Part shown: in pieces, positions 58,724 through 64,000 of the stretch | How positions within the stretch are numbered: the first letter of the stretch is position 1 | How the letters are laid out: each line of letters starts with the position of its first letter | From: an uncultured Chlamydiae bacterium | Lineage (GTDB): Bacteria; Chlamydiota; Chlamydiia; Chlamydiales; JAJFMB01 | Assembly: GCA_963696295.1 (NCBI GenBank) | Contig: CAVOJR010000001.1 | Span: 1,376,001 to 1,440,000 of the forward strand | Direction of reading: 5' to 3' | Length of the DNA: 64,000 nucleotides | Notes under the pieces: model-generated | What the model was told of the DNA's origin: nothing | What the model saw: the letters and a program-made list of their open reading frames with translations, nothing else | Databases searched by the model: none | Made by a program: the position numbers and the translations under genes

Positions 58724-58752
58724 CTAACGGTCGATGTATAGTTGACCGTTAG
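58724..58752 (+). terminator. Hairpin after the first OMP gene
   Basis: CTAACGGTC...GACCGTTAG inverted repeat. Confidence 0.5.
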
Positions 58753-58933
58753 AAGCTCCATTTTCTAGGAGATTATGGAAGTAATAAAGAATAACAAAAT
58801 GGGTTTGAAAGAGAAGTTTTTGATTAGACGACAGCAAACCCAGATGAATTACACTAGTCTTCGCCAATATAAGGCCTAAATGGAAGACTGGTAAAAATTT
58901 TGAAAATTAAACAATAAATTAAGGAGCTTTAAC

Positions 58934-60226
58934 GTGCGTAAATCATTGCTTATAATGGTTATAGTGCTCACCGCATTTTCCCTTCACGCCTCAACATGTG
59001 TTTTACAGGATTGTGGCTGCGTATGTCCGGAATTACGGGAGAAGTCACTTGAGCTGAATGTTGGGTATCGTCGCGATTACATAAATTGGAAGTTCACAGA
59101 TCCATCACTCCACTTAGTTCAGGTTGCATTGCCTGTTCTTGCAGAAAAAGCACATTCATTATTTAAAGGTATTTCACCAAACCGGTTTCTAACTAAAGAT
59201 GATATTCCTAGTTTCTTGGCCGGTGCCCTTGATGCGGAAATTTGTAAAAACGGGCTTTATGAAAGCAGTTGGAACAATTTACGCATGATCAATGTCGGCG
59301 GCACTGCAAGAGGGGTAACGTGCGGCAATCTCTATGCTCGCTTTGGAGGCAACTGGGCTTACATTGTTGAAGGCAAATACCAGCCAAGAGGCTTATTTGC
59401 AGGAGAGAGAGATATTGGAAATGACTTGCTGGGTTCTTGCGGCTTTGGCTCATCAGCTTATTGCAAAAGGGTCAACGGCAATACATGGGATGTATCCGGT
59501 GCTGTCGGCTATCAAATAAGATCATGCGATGATGATTTTAGTTTCACGCCGGTAGTTGGTTACGCCTATAATGAAATACACCTTCATACCAACCGCAACA
59601 GTTTTGCCAATTCAAACGGCGATCTTGTTGATCAGTTAAATTCAATTATTCATTTATTTACAGATGAGATTGATTTTACCGACATAAGACTTTTTGGAAC
59701 TTCAAACTCCCGTTTCAAGAGTTATTGGACAGGTCCTTATTTAGGTTTTGATGCCGTTTATTCGGCTAATTGCAAACTTAACTTGTATACCAATTTTGAG
59801 TATCACTGGGGTATTTATCGCGCAAAAAGCCGAAACTTCAATGATCTTAGGTTAGTATTTGATGGCAATTATAATGATGAATATCATATTGATTTTGATG
59901 GTTCAAACATAGAAACCTTCCATGAATCCTGCTTCAAGCATTACGCTTTTGCAAGAGGTCTGTACTGCAATGTGGGTGGAGACTATAATTTCTGTGAATG
60001 CTGGACAGGTGGAGTCAAATTCAGTTGGATGGATTGGAAGACATTTAGACAAGGACGCATTTGCGCTTCTGTTAATAATGATCTTAATGTCAACGGCGCA
60101 TTGTCACTGGTAGACAATGTTATTAATCTAGCCACTCTCGGTGAGCGATTCGAAAAAGATACTAGTTTGGAATCAGCGCATTGGAATTCCTATCGCATTG
60201 AAGTCACTGTTGGACGTGATTTCTAG
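58934..60226 (+). CDS. Cys-rich outer-membrane beta-barrel protein, paralog of 57447..58712
   Basis: Shares YQPRG, WDVSG, YWTGP and RM.N.G motifs; terminal F; near-identical RBS/start context. Confidence 0.75.
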   Translation: MRKSLLIMVIVLTAFSLHASTCVLQDCGCVCPELREKSLELNVGYRRDYINWKFTDPSLHLVQVALPVLAEKAHSLFKGISPNRFLTKDDIPSFLAGALDAEICKNGLYESSWNNLRMINVGGTARGVTCGNLYARFGGNWAYIVEGKYQPRGLFAGERDIGNDLLGSCGFGSSAYCKRVNGNTWDVSGAVGYQIRSCDDDFSFTPVVGYAYNEIHLHTNRNSFANSNGDLVDQLNSIIHLFTDEIDFTDIRLFGTSNSRFKSYWTGPYLGFDAVYSANCKLNLYTNFEYHWGIYRAKSRNFNDLRLVFDGNYNDEYHIDFDGSNIETFHESCFKHYAFARGLYCNVGGDYNFCECWTGGVKFSWMDWKTFRQGRICASVNNDLNVNGALSLVDNVINLATLGERFEKDTSLESAHWNSYRIEVTVGRDF

Positions 60227-60272
60227 AAGGAAGGCAGCTTAAGCGGTTTGGGGATTAATGCCCCAAACCGTA

Positions 60273-62027
60273 TTATTTGTTGAACAGATGTTTCATCTGG
60301 CCGAAAAGATCCTTGCTGATAGAATAAAGCACATCAGTTACTGTGGCGTTTGGTTTGCGCGGTTCAACCCCTTCGATATATCCTCCGATCATGTTGGATT
60401 TCAATATCCGAAAAGGGACCCCTTCTTCGATGCAGACCTCAACTAACTTATCCTGCAGCTCTTTGGGGAAGGAAAGTTTTCTGGTTTGATAGGCATAGAT
60501 CCATTTTTTGATGCCGGAATCAGAAACGGGACAGCTCAACTTACCTGTCTCATCCGTGGTCCAGCGCAAGGGAAGGCTGCTCTCCGATTTTAGTAAGTTC
60601 TGCACCATCTTGTTTATAACATGGTATAGTTTAGCAAACTGTTTATCCGGTTTAACCAGATGCCCATGAGTTTTTAGATCTTGAAACAGGAGAAATAGCG
60701 CCTGGCTTGACTCGCGGGTACAGGTGTTAATCAAGTCAAAATGCAAACCCCCTTCCCCTTTTTGCCCCCTTCGCGACAATGCGGTGATCTTTTCAAGCTG
60801 TGAGCGCAGGCTGGATAGAGGGTGTATGTTGTCGTAAACTTGATTAAACTCGGGCAGTTGAATGATGACATCAGAAGTGGGCCGTAAAAACATGCTGCCG
60901 GTTTGCACACTGCCCATAAATTTATGCCATTTTTGACTGCCGCTGAATCGGGGGATCATATGGGCAAACAGGACCTGATGGTAGGTGATATCAAAACGCA
61001 GTTCTCCGGTTATTAAGTCTTTTATGATCTTGGCTATCCCGAAACTAAAATGCCCTGCCCTCAAAAAGCAGGTCAGTTCGGCAAAAAAATGGATGGTATA
61101 CCGGCGTAAATAATTGAGCATGATCAGCTCTTTATCGCCTTGAAAGGGGGCTAGCAAATGCAGCAGGAGATAGCTCTCCCCTTCCTTCCACTCGAGGGGT
61201 TTTTGTGGAATAAGATCGATGCTGAAGGCGGATCCTTTGCCGTTAATTTCTTCATCCCAGTTTCCTTCGCGATAATAGGCATTAACTTCCAGGGCCGATA
61301 CTGTTTTGTCAGGCTTTAGCGAAGTGAGCGATCTCGGCTCCAACCCTTTGATGACAAAAGCACTTTGCACATGTTCTCCAAAGACATACCATCCCGCTTT
61401 GTTCAGGGGGCTTAAATGGATATTTTTCATTGATGTGATCATCATAGGGCATTTATCCAGGACGATCGGGTCGGGAATGCTCATCACACACTCTAAGCCG
61501 TCAAAGAGGCGGGAAGCGGGATTGTAGTGTCTGACTTTCCACTTATTTTCCTGGCCATTTATCGGGTTTATGAAAGTAATGAGGGCATAATCCCGGCCTA
61601 ATATCTGAATAGGCTCATGGCAGGTAATAAGCTCGATAAAATCTTTTTCGTCAAAATTGATCTTCGGGTCTTCTATGATGACCTCAATTTGATCGTGTGC
61701 GCTCAGACTGGCGAGAATTTCTAAAGCGCTGACGTTGGAAAGGCCATCAATTTGATCGGGATACAGATTGCCTTTGGATTTAGCGAGATTGATGTCTGAG
61801 CTAAATCGCATATCGATTTTAATCTGTTCCTGCCACCCTTCGATTTTTTCATTGTCCCGCCAGACCAGCCAGACAATTTTTCCGATCATATCCCGATGCG
61901 GTTCAGGGGCATGGGTTATGTGGCATAAAATGCCCCCGCTTGCGTGCCTATGATCTTTCGAGGGCGGAAGGAGCTTGCCTGTCCACGGAGCAATCGGCTG
62001 AAAGCAGTGGTTATCGATATACTTCAT
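60273..62027 (-). CDS. Hypothetical protein
   Basis: 584-aa ORF; motifs PIAPWTGKL, VRHYNP, GHFSFG and GELRFDITYHQV. Confidence 0.7.
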   Translation of the reverse strand: MKYIDNHCFQPIAPWTGKLLPPSKDHRHASGGILCHITHAPEPHRDMIGKIVWLVWRDNEKIEGWQEQIKIDMRFSSDINLAKSKGNLYPDQIDGLSNVSALEILASLSAHDQIEVIIEDPKINFDEKDFIELITCHEPIQILGRDYALITFINPINGQENKWKVRHYNPASRLFDGLECVMSIPDPIVLDKCPMMITSMKNIHLSPLNKAGWYVFGEHVQSAFVIKGLEPRSLTSLKPDKTVSALEVNAYYREGNWDEEINGKGSAFSIDLIPQKPLEWKEGESYLLLHLLAPFQGDKELIMLNYLRRYTIHFFAELTCFLRAGHFSFGIAKIIKDLITGELRFDITYHQVLFAHMIPRFSGSQKWHKFMGSVQTGSMFLRPTSDVIIQLPEFNQVYDNIHPLSSLRSQLEKITALSRRGQKGEGGLHFDLINTCTRESSQALFLLFQDLKTHGHLVKPDKQFAKLYHVINKMVQNLLKSESSLPLRWTTDETGKLSCPVSDSGIKKWIYAYQTRKLSFPKELQDKLVEVCIEEGVPFRILKSNMIGGYIEGVEPRKPNATVTDVLYSISKDLFGQMKHLFNK

Positions 62028-62061
62028 AATTTTTTTCTATGAAGCAAGGGGAATTAATTTT

Positions 62062-63117
62062 TCAAGTGATGTTTTTGGCCAAATGGATGGTTTGGGTGGG
62101 ATAGGCCATTTCAGCGCCGCAATTCTTAACGATATCCCCTATCTTAAAAAAGATTTCTTGCTGGATATCGCGAAATTCCAATTGCTGGGTTTTTTTCGTA
62201 AAGCAATAGACTTCAACATCAATCGCAGATTGGCTGAAAGCAATCAAATGTACCATGGGCGGTTGGCTTTTTGAGATCTCCGGATGATTTTGCAGCAACT
62301 CTTTGATCTTGGCGATAATCGCTGGAACAGCGTCGTAATCTTCATACCGCAGACCGATGGTAGTGCGGATGCGCCGGTGGTACATGCGGCCGGGATTTTC
62401 GATAATGGCGTCTGTGATAAGCGCGTTGGGGATATAGGTTGGACGTCTTTCTAAAGAGCGTATGCGGGTCATATACCAGCCTATTTGCTCTACCACTCCC
62501 TCAAAGTTTTTGTTCGTCGATTTGATCCAGTCGCCAATCGAAAAGGGGCGGTTGATGTGGATCATCAATCCGCCGAAAAAATTGGCAATCACATCTTTTG
62601 CCGCCCAGCTGACCGCGATACCGCCTAATCCGCCAAAAGCGAGCAAGCCGGTATAGTTGATTTTCAATATGCCCAAAAGGAGCAGAGAGGCGCAGATAAT
62701 GAGGATGATGGAAAGAAATTTGCTGATGCCGGTGATCAGGGAGAGATCGCGGATTTTACCTTTCCCTTCGTGTAAGTTTTTTATCAGCAAGGTTTCATAT
62801 TTGCTTTTCCAGCTAAACAATTGCCAGGTCATAAGAAACAAAATAAAGAGGTTCCGAATTTGACTGAGAATCTCCTGATTCACTGGAAGCTGATAATAGC
62901 CGACGACTAATTCTATTGTCAGAAAAAGCCCATAACCCAATATCAAGAGAGTGCTGATGGTGAGGAGCGATTGGAAAAATGTTCTAAGGCCGTTGTTCAA
63001 GCGGGGCTGATCCGCCACTTTTTTAAGTCCTTTTTTTACCAAAAAAGCCAGCAGCAATGGAATAACGACGGCCGCGGCCAGTCTTAAGTAAAAGGGTTCT
63101 AACATATTAAAAAGCAT
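62062..63117 (-). CDS. mscS: Small-conductance mechanosensitive channel family protein
   Basis: AAKDVIANFFGG, PFSIGDWI, GVVEQIG, IPN and MAYPTQ. Confidence 0.92.
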   Translation of the reverse strand: MLFNMLEPFYLRLAAAVVIPLLLAFLVKKGLKKVADQPRLNNGLRTFFQSLLTISTLLILGYGLFLTIELVVGYYQLPVNQEILSQIRNLFILFLMTWQLFSWKSKYETLLIKNLHEGKGKIRDLSLITGISKFLSIILIICASLLLLGILKINYTGLLAFGGLGGIAVSWAAKDVIANFFGGLMIHINRPFSIGDWIKSTNKNFEGVVEQIGWYMTRIRSLERRPTYIPNALITDAIIENPGRMYHRRIRTTIGLRYEDYDAVPAIIAKIKELLQNHPEISKSQPPMVHLIAFSQSAIDVEVYCFTKKTQQLEFRDIQQEIFFKIGDIVKNCGAEMAYPTQTIHLAKNIT

Positions 63118-63937
63118 AAATTATCATGAAGCGGGCGCCCCACATTTCATACTTGGTTTCCAGAAAATCAAAGGGGCAATTCTCTTTCGCGCCGTAGATT
63201 CTATTTCTGTAAAAGGGGACAATGCTGATTTCATAAGCCTGCTCCCGGTCGCACCAGTAATAATAGGTGAAAGGAAAATCGATTTGGAGCTGTGTGCGCA
63301 GCCCCATATTTTGGTAAAAAACAATGGGATGGCATTCAATCGCGTTATCGATAATTTTATTTGTGGCGTGGCTCATGAATTTCCACTTCACGTTGCAGCC
63401 GATGCTGGCGCAACCATTGCAAAAATAGTACGCGCTCAAGAAACCTGAAGTGAAATAATTGTAGCTCGGTTTGAAAGTCAGCTTAAGAAAATGGGGTTCG
63501 AGCAGTCTAATTCTTCCGGTAAAATTGCCATACCCGATAAATGGGGTAAACATGACGGTGACCGGCCAGGTATTCAGCAGGGTATACCCCAAGCGTCCTT
63601 CAACTTCGGCGTCCTGCAGTTTAGATTTCGATTTCTTACCGCAATCCCTTTTTTTGGAGATGCAGCCGGTAGCATAATATTGATCGGCTCCATAATAAAT
63701 ACACCATGGACGCAAGCGTTCGTAAAAGAAGCGCTCCCCATACATCCAGCCATCCTCCGGCTTCTCCCCCTCGCGGTGCCGTTCTATATAATAAAACTCA
63801 GGGCCGATGGCCAGGCGGTGCGGGCCGCAAAAGAGGTCGCAGAAACAGTTAGATTCTCCGAATAACCGGTACTCTTGAGAGGATAGAGAGGTAAAGGAGC
63901 AAAAAATTAGCAAGAATAGGATCGATTGTTTTAGCAT
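63107..63937 (-). CDS. Probable outer-membrane beta-barrel protein
   Basis: Signal peptide, EGRLGYT, aromatic-rich alternating strands and C-terminal YAF. Confidence 0.6.
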   Translation of the reverse strand: MLKQSILFLLIFCSFTSLSSQEYRLFGESNCFCDLFCGPHRLAIGPEFYYIERHREGEKPEDGWMYGERFFYERLRPWCIYYGADQYYATGCISKKRDCGKKSKSKLQDAEVEGRLGYTLLNTWPVTVMFTPFIGYGNFTGRIRLLEPHFLKLTFKPSYNYFTSGFLSAYYFCNGCASIGCNVKWKFMSHATNKIIDNAIECHPIVFYQNMGLRTQLQIDFPFTYYYWCDREQAYEISIVPFYRNRIYGAKENCPFDFLETKYEMWGARFMIIYAF

Positions 63938-64000
63938 ACTGCTCCCACAAGGTCTTGATGTTGATATCTTAGGTTTATAATCGATTTTTTCTTGGGTGTC

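Noticed and set aside
371..63865. Numerous short ORFs in the track overlapping the annotated genes
   Set aside because: Antisense or alternate-frame shadows of well-supported genes, with no recognisable motifs.

Overview
Chromosomal window from an environmental Chlamydiae-type bacterium. The assignment is inferred from conserved chlamydial gene blocks: dusB-yggT-three hypotheticals-ygfA-recA; ispA-glmU-like-tRNA-Pro; thrS-parA-pGP6-D; and ygeD-recC-recB. The left third is accessory metabolism: tandem GT90 glycosyltransferases, an 8-gene respiratory cluster, a RelE/HTH toxin-antitoxin pair, a TPP-riboswitch-controlled thiamine operon that uses fungal/Legionella-type Thi5, two sulfatases, and a eukaryote-like AN1 zinc-finger protein. 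The respiratory cluster joins a GltD/NfnB-like flavo-Fe-S oxidoreductase, a Rieske/cytochrome b complex, a 7-heme cytochrome and a cbb3 oxidase whose CcoP lacks heme. The middle holds a 45-bp tandem array built from the ygfA 3' end just upstream of recA, and a strong oriC candidate (DnaA boxes plus an AT-rich element, with an apparent GC-skew switch) at about 31.5-31.75 kb. The right part has tat, purB, parA, a twice-frameshifted thrS, recBCD and tandem Cys-rich outer-membrane proteins. All family calls come from motif recognition by eye; no database search was run.
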